From an uncultured delta proteobacterium (GTDB taxonomy: Bacteria > Myxococcota_A > UBA9160 > UBA4427), in NCBI GenBank assembly GCA_963822965.1, contig CAWGJT010000001.1, positions 224,001-288,000 on the forward strand: a DNA stretch of 64,000 bases, given 5' to 3'. Shown here in pieces: positions 18,902 to 30,649 of the stretch. The notes beneath the pieces are model-generated. The model was not told the DNA's origin, made no database searches, and was given only the letters and a program-made list of their open reading frames with translations. Both the position numbers and the translations under genes were made by a program. Position 1 is the first letter of the stretch; each line of letters begins with the position of its first letter.

Positions 18902-21900
18902 TCAGCCCTCGCTGCGCTCCTTCGCAGGCCGCCGGATCGCGAGCGGTCGCCACAGCTCGCCGTGGCTGAAGCAGTCCCAGCCCCAGCGCAGCCAGCGCAG
19001 CAGCGCCTGGGCGAGCCAGAGCGCCCAGGCCAGCATCGCCAGCCGGTAGACGAGCAGGGGCACCGAGACCACCCACGCAGCCGGCAGCGTGGCGTCGGCG
19101 CGATCCGCGTACCAGCGCAGCAGGTACCCCGACGATCCGTTGCCCTCGATCTGCATCTCCGGCAGTCCCAGCAGGCCCGTCCGGATGGAGACGAGCAGCG
19201 CCAGGAGGGCGACGGCCGTCAGCACCGCGAGCCCCACCTGCGCCAGGTCGAACCAGCGACCCGGCAGTCGATTGCCCCGGGACCCGCGCCAGCCGAGTGC
19301 CAGCAGCCACACGACGACGGTGGCCGCCGCGCCGAGGGGCGCCTGGGTGAGACCGAGCCCCAGCAGGAGCCAGTGGTGGAAGCGCAGCGGCGTCACGGGA
19401 ATGCGACCCAGGCCGACGGCGATTCCCACGAGGACCACGAGGAAGGACCAGAAGAGGACGGCCGGCCCGAGGCGCGGCCCGCCGGCCGCCAGGATCCAGC
19501 GGCTCTGGGGGACGTGCAGCTCGATTCCGGCGTTGACGCTCGGCATGCCGAGATCCACGACCGGGGTCCGCAAGCGAAGGCCGAGGAGCTGGGGCTCGCT
19601 CCAGTCCAGGGAGAACTTCTGGCTGCCCGGAACCAGGGGGAGCACCACCTCCCTTCCCTCCTGGCGGAGGGGCTGCTGGGTTCCGTTCACCGAGACGCCG
19701 CGAAGGACCGCACCCTCGGGCAGCGTGATCCGCTGCTCGCCGCCGCGACTGCTTCGCAGGGACACCGAGAGGCTGGCGTCCATCGACCGGAGGCCCGGCG
19801 TGGCGACCAGCGCGCTCGCGTCGACGGTCGCGGTCGGTCCCTCGACGCCCGCAGGCCGCGTCACCTCCAGCCGCACGGACTCCCCCGGCCACGGCTGCCA
19901 GCGTCGCACCCGGGCGGCGCTGGCCTCGGCCTGGTGGACGCGGGGGAATGCCCGAGGCCTCGACGTGCCAGATCGGGCTGGCGTCGAGCGTCCACACCTC
20001 GGTCCAGGCGCTCGTCTTCGCCGCCTGCAGCTCGATCGCGGGCGCGAGGGCGAGGGTCGACGTCCAGCCGGTGGCGGCCACGCCCGGCTCGAGGACGATC
20101 TGTGCGCGCTGGTCCTGCACGCGGATGCCCGCCGTGGTGACCGCCTCGCCGGGAAGCAGCGGAACCTCCAGGCGGATGGACGGCTGGATCGGCGTCAGCC
20201 GCCGCACCTTCGTCTCGACCTGCCAGGTGATGCCGAGGTGCAGCTCGCGGACCACCTCGACGAAGAACGGCAGCTCGCCGGCTTCGAGCGGCCGTTCGCG
20301 CGTGCCGCCGGAACCGGTGCGCGCCACCCGGGTCAGCTGCAGGGTGCGGTCGGCGCGCCCGTCCTCGAGGAGGCCGTGCAGCACCCAGCCCTCGACGGAG
20401 GCCTCCACCCGATGGGGCGGCAGGGGCAGCGGCAGCTCCACCGCGTCGCGGTCGGGCAACGGCCCGCTCATCTCGACGCGGTGGGTCCCGGCAGACAGGT
20501 GGATCCACAGCACACCGTCCGGCGTCGCGTAGAGCCCCGTCGCGTCCCGGCCGTCGACCCGGACCCTCTCCGGCAGCCAGCTGCGTGTCCCGCCCGGCAG
20601 CGGCGCTCCGCCTTCCGCGAGCATGTCCACCCCGAAGTCGAGCCGCAGGGAGTCCGGGCGGGCCTCGACCACGATGCCGGGGCTCTCCGCACAGTCGGGC
20701 GCGCAGTCTGGCGGAGCCAACAGGCGCTCCCGCAGCTCGTCGAGCAGCTCCTTCGAAGGCAGATCCGCACGCGCTGCGGGTGCCGCCAACGAGGCCAGCA
20801 AGGCGAGCGCCAGCGCGGCCGCCGTCGATGCGCCCCACAATCGTCCCTTCGGAATCCAGCCGGGACCGGACGAGCCCCGCAGAACGACGCAGACCAGGAG
20901 CGCGGCCAGGGCCGCTACCCGCGCGAAGGCGAGCACCCCGGTAGCCCACGGCGGCGCCAGGAAGAAGCGCAGCTCCTGCCCCCGAGCGACCGGCCCGTTC
21001 CAGGAGAGATCGACGTTGCGCCAGGTCCACTGCGGCAGCCCCGGTCCCGTCGTGATCCGCGCGAGCGGATCGGGCTGGTAGTCGTAGACGCTCGACTTCG
21101 GGGAGGGCAGGCCGAGGGTTCGCTCCGCGACGGCGGCGCTGGAGCGAAGGCGCTTCTCGGCGAAGTCGGCCTCCTGCTCCAGGGCGGCCCTAGGTTGGGC
21201 CGGAGGCGGCGAGGCCGGCGGCGGGCGGACGGCACCCCCCGGATGCTCCAGCGCCGGATGCAGCCCAACACGCACCTGCTGCACGGCGAACGGCAGGCCC
21301 ACCAGCACGAGGCACGCCAGCGCGAAGCCGCGATAGACGGAGATCCAGCTCGCGAAGCGCCCGGCCGGGAGGGCGCGCGCCAGCGCCTCCCCGACGAGCA
21401 CGAAGAGCCACGCCCAGCGCGGCGCGCCGGGCTCGGTATAGGAGAGCAGCATGGCGACGCCGGCCACGAGGCCCCACCGCACGCCCCACAAGCGCCCGGT
21501 CGCCAAGACGATGATCAGCGCCGTGAAGATGTCGAGCAGGTTCCAGCGGTTCACCCAGGTCGACTGCACCGAGTCGACACCGGTGGCGTGCAGCAGGCGC
21601 CAGCCCGGCGGCAGCTGCAGCCGTCCCTGCAACGCCTGGAAATCGTGGTCCCAGCCCACCGCCGGCAGGCGCGAGCCGGCGTCGTCGATGCGGCTGTCGG
21701 CGACGATCTCGACGGCGCCGCGTGGCACCTCGATGCCGACGCGTTGGGACCCACCGGCTTCGTTCGGGAGCTGCGTGATGAACTGGTCGCGCCCGTTCAG
21801 GGCGACGCGACCCAGGTGGGTGGCGGCGTCCATCTCGAGGCGGCTGCTGCGTCGGATCTCACCCTCGATCCGATCCTGGATCGTGTAGCCACCCCCGTCG

Positions 21901-22985
21901 AAGTCGAGCCACCAGCTGCGCTGGAGGGAGAGCAGGTCCGGGGCCGGCTCCGCATCGCCCCGACGCTTCTCGCTGAGCATGAGCGCGTCTCCGGGGTGCA
22001 GCAGATAGGCGGGCAAGCTCTTCCACTGGGGGGGCAGGTTGGTCTGCTGGGGATCGATCGGCGAGCCGCCGGAGACGGTGACGAGGCGCAGGTCGGGTCG
22101 CGCGGCGAACACCCAGATCTCGCTGGCCGCCCAGGGACCCCCGGGCTCCACCGCAGCGATCCGGTCCACCGGCCCCTCGTGGCGCGCGTCGAGATCGATC
22201 TCGAAGCGTCCCGGGCGCACCTGGACACGCAGGCGGCCGTCCGGGTCGAGGCGCGCGGGAAGCGCGCTGCGCAGGTCCATGGCCAGGAAGCCCTCCGGCA
22301 GCGCGCGCCCCAGCACCACCTCGCGACTGCGGCCGGAGACCTGGAGCGAGACGCGGGTCTCGAGCCGGAGGGGAATGGCGTCCACGAGCCGCCGGTGGAC
22401 GACGATCTCCAGCCGACTCTTCTCGCCGTCGTCACCGCTCCGCTTCCGGAGCCAGAGCCGACCCTGCTCGTCGCGCTGGGGTGTGGTGACGGTCTGCCTC
22501 CCCTGCGCGCCCTGGAGGACGAGGGAGAGCAGCGCGGTCTGCGGGGGAACCTGGAGCAGCTCCGGCATCGCGTCCCAGCGGAAGCGCCCCTGCACGCGAT
22601 GCTCGCCCGGGCCGAGCTCGACGGCGGGACGCCCGTCGGTGGAGCCGACCGCCGCCGGCCGGCCGTCGACCTCCACGTCCTGGGGCCAGTAGCGCGAATC
22701 GCCGGGAAGGGGCACGGACAGCCGTCGTTCCACGCGCCAGCGCTGCTCGAAGCGACCCGTTCGCTCGCCCAGCTCGAGCTCGAGCCGGGTCGGCCACGCG
22801 CACACGCGGCGGCCCGCCTGGGACGAGAGGAGCGAGCACTGCTCCGCCTCGTGGCCGCGAAGCACCCACCCGGTCCAGGGGCGGAGCGGCTCGGGAACCT
22901 CGTCGGGCGGGAGCGGCGCTCCTCGGGCGACGCCGGCCGCCAGCAACACGAGGCCGATCCAAACGACACGAAGCGCGACGCGCAT
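18902..22985 (-). CDS. Large (~1350 aa) hypothetical membrane protein with internal duplication (apparent frameshift near 19940)
   Basis: Signal peptide, two homologous beta-rich halves each followed by a TM cluster. Confidence 0.8.
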
Positions 22986-23223
22986 CCCCACCCCCCTGTC
23001 GTCGACGGCCCCATGATACAGGCTCGCAGCGACCCGCGAGGATCCAGCTGCGCTCACATGGGTCGACACGCCCCACGGTGGCTCGCGGTAGGGGATACGG
23101 GGCGTGATCCCGACGGCACGATCGCGAGCTCGAGCTGCGCCCACGCGGCACACCCGGCGGTGCGGGCGACCCGCACTTCGATCTCGGCGGATTCGAGCTC
23201 GGCCTGGGCAGTCGCTCGGGCCG

Positions 23224-23694
23224 TCACGAACCGGCCTCCAGGGCCTCCAACACCTTCGCCGGGTGGTCGGCCGCCTTGGCGACCCGCGCCCAGTGCTTCT
23301 TCACCTTGCCGTCGGCGCCGATCCAGACGGTGGAGCGGATCACGCCCGTCGTCTTCTTGCCGTACATCATCTTCTCGCCGAAGGCTCCGTAGGCGGTCAT
23401 CACCTTCTTGTCGGGATCGCAGAGCAGCGTGAACGGGAGCCGGTACTTGCCGATGAACTTCTGGTGGGACTCGGACCCGTCCGGCGAGACGCCGAGCACC
23501 ACCGCACCGTGCTTCTGGATCTTCTTCCACAGGTCGCGGAAGCCCTGGGCCTCCTTGGTGCAGCCGGGCGTATCGTCCCTGGGATAGAAGTAGAGGATCA
23601 CGTCGCTGCCCTTCAGGTCCTTCAGCGACACCTTCCCGCCGTCCTGGTCCTTCAGCGTGAAGGCCGGCGCGGCCTTGCCCTCCTGGATCGCCAC
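23224..23694 (-). CDS. bcp: Thioredoxin-dependent thiol peroxidase (BCP)
   Basis: LYFYPRDDTPGCTKEA; GGAG RBS before GTG. Confidence 0.92.
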   Translation of the reverse strand: MAIQEGKAAPAFTLKDQDGGKVSLKDLKGSDVILYFYPRDDTPGCTKEAQGFRDLWKKIQKHGAVVLGVSPDGSESHQKFIGKYRLPFTLLCDPDKKVMTAYGAFGEKMMYGKKTTGVIRSTVWIGADGKVKKHWARVAKAADHPAKVLEALEAGS

Positions 23695-23796
23695 TTCGCT
23701 CTCCTCCTGGTCGCTCCCTGCAGCGCCCCGCTCCCGTGCGCGCGATGGTCGTGGATGGCCGAGACCCGGGTCGGACGCCGGGGGCTCGAGAGAAGT

Positions 23797-25157
23797 CTAG
23801 CGGCCGAAGGCCCGGGACAGCCCCGGCAGGAGCGAATCCGGGGCACACCTCGACCCCGAGGCAGGCCGCGACCATGACGGCCGAGGCCAGGGCGGAGGTC
23901 CGATACAGTGCCAGCATCGAAAGCAGGCTGCGCTCGAGCAGGTGGGCGCTGCCCAGCAGGAAGACGGGCAGGACGACGAGGCCGCGCGCGGCGATCACCC
24001 CCGGCCACCGCGACGAGCCCGAAGCGGTACACGAGGGCGATGCCCACGACGGTCACGAGCGCAGACGCCACGCTGATCTGCATCATCCAGTCGGCGCGGC
24101 CCCGGGCCACGAGGATCGGCGCGTTGACGGCGTAGATCGCCTGGCACACCCCGAAGACGGCGAGAATTTGCATGATGGGAACGCTGGCCATCCACTGCTC
24201 GCCGGAGGCCAGGGGAACGAGGTTCGGGGCCACGACCATGAGACCCGTGGCGGCGGGCAACGCGATCAGGCCGTTCAGCGCCGCCGCGCGGTCGACCCCG
24301 GCGCGCATGCGCGCCAGGTTGCCCTGCAGACGCGCGAAGACGGGCAGCGAGATCGAATTGATGGGCGTGGAGACCAGCTCGATCACCATCCGGAGGGCCC
24401 GGAAGCCCACCACGTAGAAGCCGAGCGCGGTGGCACCCATGAGGTGACCGATCATCAGCCGGTCGAGACGGTCCGTCAGCACCCGCAGCAGGTTGCTGCC
24501 GGTCATCGCCATGCCGAAGCCGAGCATCTCGCGCAGATGGCTTCGCGAGATGCGAAGGCCCGGTCGCCATTCGGCCGCCTTCCACAGCACCAGGGTCGCC
24601 ATGACGCTCGCGCTCAGCTGCTGCCCCACCAGGCTCCAGACGCCGAACCCGGAGAACGCCATCGTCGACCCGACGAGCCCCCCGAACAAGCTCGCACTCA
24701 GGGTCCGCAGGGCCAGCGGCCGAACCCGCAGGCGACGGCGCATGAACGCCTGCTGCGTCGACGAGAGCGACCCCACGACGAAGCCCACCGAGAGCCAGCG
24801 CAGGATCGGGCCGAGCGCCGCGTCCCCCATCAGGCTCGCCAGGAGGTCGGACCCGAGCACGATCGACGAGGCGATCACGATCGCGATCCCCACCTGGGTC
24901 CAGAACGCAGTGTCGAGATAGGCCGGGTCCAGGCGCTCGTAGCGGATCACCGCCTGGCCCAGGCCCGCGTTCGCGACCACCTGCAGCAGACCCGTCACCA
25001 CCGACGCGTAGGCGACGAGGCCGAAGGCTTCGGGCGGGAGCAGCCTCGCCAGGATGACGAAGACCACGAGGTTGCAGATCTGACCGCCCCAGGACTGGAC
25101 GAACATCCACACCGCGGCCGAGATCGCCCTCTCGCGCAGGTTGTCGCGCCGGCTCAT
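23797..25157 (-). CDS. Polysaccharide flippase (Wzx/MOP superfamily); apparent frameshift near 24000, end uncertain
   Basis: ILARLLPPEAFGLVA, GFGVWSLVGQQL, LGFYVVG; multi-TM. Confidence 0.82.
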
Positions 25158-25378
25158 GTCGGGTGGCTCTCTGTTCGAGATGCGTCCGCAGCGCTCCGGG
25201 GAGGCTCGACGGCTCCCGGTGGCGGGTACGTCGCGAACCCGAGCAGGCTATCACACGCCCGGATCCGGGGTCAGAAGTCGCGACGCGCCGTGACGAGCGC
25301 GAGGCGCCTCGGCCGGCCGGCGTGGAACTTCCGCGGACGCCGATCGGGTAGGATCTCGTTCCGCCGGAAGGGGGAGAC

Positions 25379-26652
25379 ATGGATTTCGAGATTCCGCAGG
25401 ACATCCAGGACCTGCTCGAGCGCCTCGACGGCTTCATCGAGGACGAGATCAAGCCGCTCGAGCAGCAGGACGACAACATCCGCTTCTTCGACCACCGCCG
25501 CGAGGACGCGCGCACCGACTGGGAGCGCGGCGGCCTGCCGAACGAGGAGTGGGAGGCGCTGCTGCACAAGGCGAAGCGCCTGGCCGACGACGCCGGCTTC
25601 TACCGCTATCCGTTCCCCAAGGCGTACGGCGGGATGGACGGCAGCAACCTCGGCATGGCCATCATCCGCGAGCACCTGGCCGCGCAGGGGCCTCGGACTG
25701 CACAACGACCTGCAGAACGAGCACTCCATCGTCGGCAACAACGTCGGCCTGCTGCTGATGCTCCACTACGGCAGCGAGGAGCAGAAGGCGGAGTGGGTCG
25801 ACGACCTCGCCCAGGGCAAGCGCGGCTTCGCCTTCGGCATCACCGAGCCCGAGCACGGCTCGGACGCCACCCACATGGAGACCCACGCCGAGCGCGACGG
25901 CGACGCGTGGGTGATCAACGGCGAGAAGACCTGGAACACCGGCATCCACAAGGCCCAGTACGACATGGTGATGGCGCGCACCAGCGGCCAGGCGGGCGAC
26001 GGCGACGGCATCACCGCCTTCCTGGTGCCCATGAAGGCGCCGGGGGTCAAGATCGAGGAGATGCTCTGGACCTTCAACATGCCGACCGACCACGGCCGCG
26101 TCTCCTTCACGAACGTGCGCGTGCCCCACGCGAGCATCTTCGGAGGCGAGGGCCGCGGGCTCCAGGTCGTGCAGCACTTCTTCAACGAGAACCGCATCCG
26201 CCAGGCCGCCTCGAGCCTGGGCGCGGCCCAGTACTGCATCCAGCGAATCGGTGGAGTACGCGAAGCAGCGCAAGCCCTTCGGCAAGCCGCTGGCGAGCAA
26301 CCAGGGCATCCAGTTCCCGCTGGTGGAGCTGCAGTCCCAGTGCGAGATGCTGCGGGCGCTGATCCACAAGACCGCCTGGCAGATGGACCGCTACGGCGCC
26401 TTCTCGGTCTCGGACAAGGTGTCGATGTGCAACTACTAGGCGAACCGGCTGTGCTGCGACGCCGCCGACCGCGCCATGCAGGTGCACGGCGGACTCGGCT
26501 ACTCGCGCCACAAGCCCTTCGAGCACATCTACCGCCACCATCGCCGCTACCGGATCACCGAGGGCGCCGAGGAGATCCAGATGCGCCGGGTCGCCGGCTA
26601 CCTGTTCGGCTACATGAAGCAGAACGCGCCCAAGGGCGTGCGCGCGGACTGA
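25379..26652 (+). CDS. Acyl-CoA dehydrogenase (frameshifts near 25690 and 26245; in-frame TAG at 26437)
   Basis: FGITEPEHGSD, INGEKTW, RKPFGKPLASNQGIQFPL, AMQVHGGLGY, RITEGAEEIQ. Confidence 0.88.
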
Positions 26653-26655
26653 GGC

Positions 26656-28103
26656 TCAGGCCGTGCCGGCCGCGCGCCGCAGCTCCTGGAAGGAGCTCTC
26701 GGTCGCCGTGACCAGGGCGTGCAGGTCGGGCACCAGGTCCCAATCGCCGGTGAAGCCCCAGGAAATCGTGCCGTCGTAGCTGAACAACGCGATCCCCAGC
26801 CCCAGCGTCCCCATGAGCGGCACGTGGGGATGGATCGACTGCATGCGCGACTCGAGCAGATAGAGCGGGGTGCGCGGCCCGGGCACGTTGGTGATCACCG
26901 TGTTGAAGGGCGTGCCGTAGGTCATCAGCCGCGCGCCCAGGGAGAGCAGCGTCGAGCCGGTCCACTCGGTCACCTGGGTGAGCGTCTCCGCGCCCAGGGC
27001 CTGCTTCGATCGCTTGAGGTTCTCGGTCTGGTTCCGGATGGAGGCGAGCCGCGCGAGCGGATTCGGCTCCGCGACGGGAAGCGAGACGGTCCAGGCGGAA
27101 ACCCGGTTGCCCAGGCTGCCCCGCTGCTCCGCAGTCCGCACGCTCACCGGCGCCATCACGCGGAAGTCCACGCGATCGAGATCCACGCCGCGATCCCGCG
27201 AGAGGAAGCGGCGGAAGGCGCCCGCCGCCGTGGCCAGCACGATGTCGTTGATGGTGCCGCCCGCAGCCCGACGCACGTCGCGAATCTGGCCCAGGGACAT
27301 GGGCAGCCAGTCGATGCGGCGGTGCGGCCCCACGGGCCGGTTGAACGGCACCGGCGTGGCGATTCCCATGTCGCCCAGCAGCCGCGCGAGGGCGCGCAGG
27401 CGCTCGGACGCCTGGTGCCGCGCGTCGTCCTCGTCGCGCAGGAGACGTCCCAGCGCGGACCCGGCCTGCAGCGGCGCGCGCAGGGCCCGGGAGATCTCCC
27501 CCACCCCGAGCTGCACCTGCGACGGGAACCGGACGGGGCCGCCAGCGCCGGATGGGATCGGGCTTCTCCCGGGGCTCGGGGGTGAGCAGCGCAGCGATCA
27601 GCTCCGAGCCGGACACGCCGTCCACCATGCAGTGATGCACCTTGGAGAGCACGGCGATGCGATCGCCCTCGAGCCCCTCCACCACCCACAGCTCCCACAG
27701 CGGCTTCTCGCGGTCCAGCCGCTGGGAGAAGATGCGACCCACCAGCCGCTTGAGCTGCCGGTCGCTCCCCGGACGGGGCAGCCGGGTGTGTCGCACGTGG
27801 TAGCGGATGTTGAAGGCCCGATCGTCGACCCACACCGGGTGGCGCTCCAACGGGGTTCGCGCCAGACGCTGTCGGTAGCGCGGGATCCGATCCAGGCGCG
27901 AGAGCACGTACTCCTCGATGCGCTCGATGTCCAGGCGACCGTCGGCGCTGCGCAACGGAGCGGCGTCGTGGATCTGCGTCGAGGCCGACGTGCATCGCGC
28001 CGGCGGGAGACGCGTCCTCGTAGACCAGGAAGGAGTTGTCGATGGCGGTGAGGCGGTCGTAGGTCGGGCGGTCGGACGGGGCGTCGGAGCTGAGCTCACT
28101 CAT
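26656..28103 (-). CDS. Wax ester synthase/diacylglycerol acyltransferase (apparent frameshifts near 27530 and 27985)
   Basis: HHCMVDG, PLWELWVVEGL, GTINDIVL, TNVPGP. Confidence 0.9.
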
Positions 28104-28110
28104 GGGACCC

Positions 28111-29515
28111 TCACAGCTTGCGCAGCACCTCGAACTCGCGATCGACGGCGAGCACGAAGTCGTGGAGATCGGGAATCGCGTCCCAATCGGCGTTGAAACC
28201 CCAGTGGATGGACTCGTCGTAGCTGAAGAGCGCGATCCCCAGCGCCTGGTTCTCGAAGAGGGGCACCAGGGGATACGACTCGCAGAGCCGCGCCCCGCTG
28301 AGGAAGACCGGGAACTGGGGACCGGGAACGTTGGTGACGACCATGTTGTAGGAGCGACGCGTCGCGGAGAGGCGGCTCATTCCCGTCAGCAGCGAGGTCA
28401 GCGTCCAGTCGCTGAGCTCCTCCAGCAGCTCGGTCCCCTCGGAGCGCCCCGAGCTCTTGCGCGCCGAGGTCTGCTCGATGATCCGTTCCATGCGAACACG
28501 CGGGTCCGGCTCGCTCACCGGAAGGGGAACCATCATCATCGACACGCGGTTCCCGAGCTTTCCCCGCTCTTCGGAGGTCCGGGTGGAGACGGGGATGAAG
28601 ACCCGGAAGTCCAGCTCCGAGACGTCCAGCCCGCGGCCTTCCAGGAAGCTGCGAGCCGCCCCGGCGACGCAGCCGAGCAGCACGTCGTTCAAGGTCCCGC
28701 CGAAGCGCGTCTTCACCTCCCGGGCGACGCCCAGGTCGAAGCGCGTCCAGTCGAAGCGCCGGTGCGGGCCGATGGGCACGTTGAAGGGCGTATCGCTCGC
28801 GGGGCTCAGCGAGTCGGCCACGCCTTCGGCGAACCCCACGGCGGTGTGCCTGGCTTCTCCCAGCGCGTCGCTCGGTCGGCGCAGGGAACGGACCATCGTG
28901 CCGGCCAGGCGACGCGGCAGCGAGAGCCGTCGCGTCACCTCGTCGGAGAGCAGCTTGAGCGGGGCCTGGCGCCGGCCGCGGCAGCCAACGATGGTCGATG
29001 ACTTCCGGGCGGTGGCTGGGGTCCGGCCCCATGAAGGCAGACAGCAGATCGACGCCCGAGATCCCGTCGATCAGACAGTGGTGCACCTTCGACACCACCG
29101 CGCAGCGTCCGCCTTCGAGACCCTCGACGAACCACATCTCCCACATCGGCTTCGAACGATCGAGCTTCTGCGACATGATGCGGCCGACCAGCCGCTTCAG
29201 CTGACGTTCGTCGCCGGGCATCGGCAGCGAGGTGTGACGCAGGTGATAGAGGACGTTGAAGTGCGGGTCGTCCACCCAGACCGGGTGATCCGTGACGGGC
29301 GTGGACCCGAGCTTCTGGCGGAACCGCGGCGCCCGGAACAGACCCGCCTCGGTGACACGCAGGATCTGATCGAAGTCGAGGCTGCCGTCGTCGCGCGCGA
29401 GCGGGCCCGGATCGAGGATGCCGACGGATCCGACGTGCATGTGGACGCCTGGCGACTCGAGCGCCAGAAAGCTGGCGTCGAGCGCGGTGAGACGATCGTA
29501 GTGGGTGTAGGCCAT
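28111..29515 (-). CDS. Wax ester synthase/diacylglycerol acyltransferase (apparent frameshift near 28960)
   Basis: HHCLIDG, PMWEMWFVEGL, GTLNDVLL, TNVPGP. Confidence 0.9.
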
Positions 29516-29839
29516 GATTCTTCTCCCCGACCCACCATCATAGTCCTCACCCTCGCCGCGCGCGTCGGGCCGCGCGCGGCGAGGGCCCGCAACGGGCTCC
29601 CACCGCCTCGGCCGAGCGGCTGGGGCAGTCTGACACACGCCGCCGACGGGTCGTGAAGGCGCGGATGGGCGCCGGCGGCACGCGCCTGGCGGCCAGGTCC
29701 AGGAGCGACGAGAGGGGCCTCCGGGGATGCCAGCCGAGTCTCGGATCGCTGGGAAGCCGCAGGGGAAATCGGGAAGCTCGCGACGGGCCGGCGAGTCCTC
29801 CGCGTTCGGCGCAGGCCGACCGATCCCGGGGTCGGGCGG

Positions 29840-29882
29840 CTAGGAGCCTGACCCAGGACTTCGTCTTGGGTCGCCCTGCTAG
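29840..29882. mobile_element. 35-bp minimal inverted-repeat element flanked by CTAG
   Basis: CTAG-GAGCCTGACCCAGGAC-TTC-GTCTTGGGTCGCCCTG-CTAG; left arm matches the 39378 element terminus at 15/16. Confidence 0.7.
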
Positions 29883-30535
29883 TCGAGCGCGACGTCCTGG
29901 CAGGTCTCGCCACCGTCTCGCTCGACGCAGAACGAGATATTGGGTCCCAGGTGTGCGATCAGGGAGGGGAGCTGCGAGGGGTCCCGCAGCTCCACGCCCT
30001 GGATGCGGCTCAGCCGGTCTCCGATCCGGAAGCCCGCTCGGGCGAGGGGATGATCGTCACCCATCTCCTCGATGACGAGCCCCTCGATCGCCCCGCCCTC
30101 CGCATAACGCGGCTCGAGTCGCACGGACGCGAACAGCTTGCGTACCGCCGGATCGACGTCGTCGGCGGTGAAGCCGGACTCGCTCACCGCCTCGTTCCAA
30201 CGGGCGTCCGCCTTCGGCGCGAGCTCCAGCTGCTTCGCGCGATCGAGCAGCCTCGCGTCGGATTGGATCGCTGCGAGTCGGGCGGCCTCGAGCGATGTGG
30301 CTTCTTCCGCCACCGGCTCGTCGGCCGCCGGCGAAGGCGTCGGGAGGGGCTGCGCCGCCGCGGGCGTGGGCAGACGAGCGGGGGCCGTGCCGACGGGCGG
30401 CGGCTGCGAAGATGCCGCGGGCGCGGCGTCGGCTCGAATGGCGGCCTCCGGCCCGGGCGCCGTACGCGCGGACCACATCAGCCCGGCAAGACCCATGCTG
30501 ACGATCAGTACCCCGATCCAGATCCCTCGCTGCAC
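29879..30535 (-). CDS. Membrane-anchored protein with GspC-like PDZ domain
   Basis: N-terminal TM, Pro/Ala linker, EGLVI..LARAGFRIGDRLSRIQG. Confidence 0.7.
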   Translation of the reverse strand: MQRGIWIGVLIVSMGLAGLMWSARTAPGPEAAIRADAAPAASSQPPPVGTAPARLPTPAAAQPLPTPSPAADEPVAEEATSLEAARLAAIQSDARLLDRAKQLELAPKADARWNEAVSESGFTADDVDPAVRKLFASVRLEPRYAEGGAIEGLVIEEMGDDHPLARAGFRIGDRLSRIQGVELRDPSQLPSLIAHLGPNISFCVERDGGETCQDVALD

Positions 30536-30649
30536 GCCGTCTCTCCTCGGAGCCGTTCCACGGAATCATCGGCGGGCGTCGTGGGAGGGGGCGTCTCCCG
30601 TCAAATCCGCCCCCTCCCACGATCCCTGCCACACTTCCCTAGCGTCGGA

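Noticed and set aside
26437..26439. In-frame TAG suggesting amber recoding or pyrrolysine
   Set aside because: Single instance, one base from TGG (NYWANR would fit); TAG is an ordinary stop for many genes here and no pyl genes are present.
29640..29830. Cobalamin riboswitch (GGGAA words)
   Set aside because: No B12-box GCCACTG or other core elements; orientation does not fit a downstream gene.
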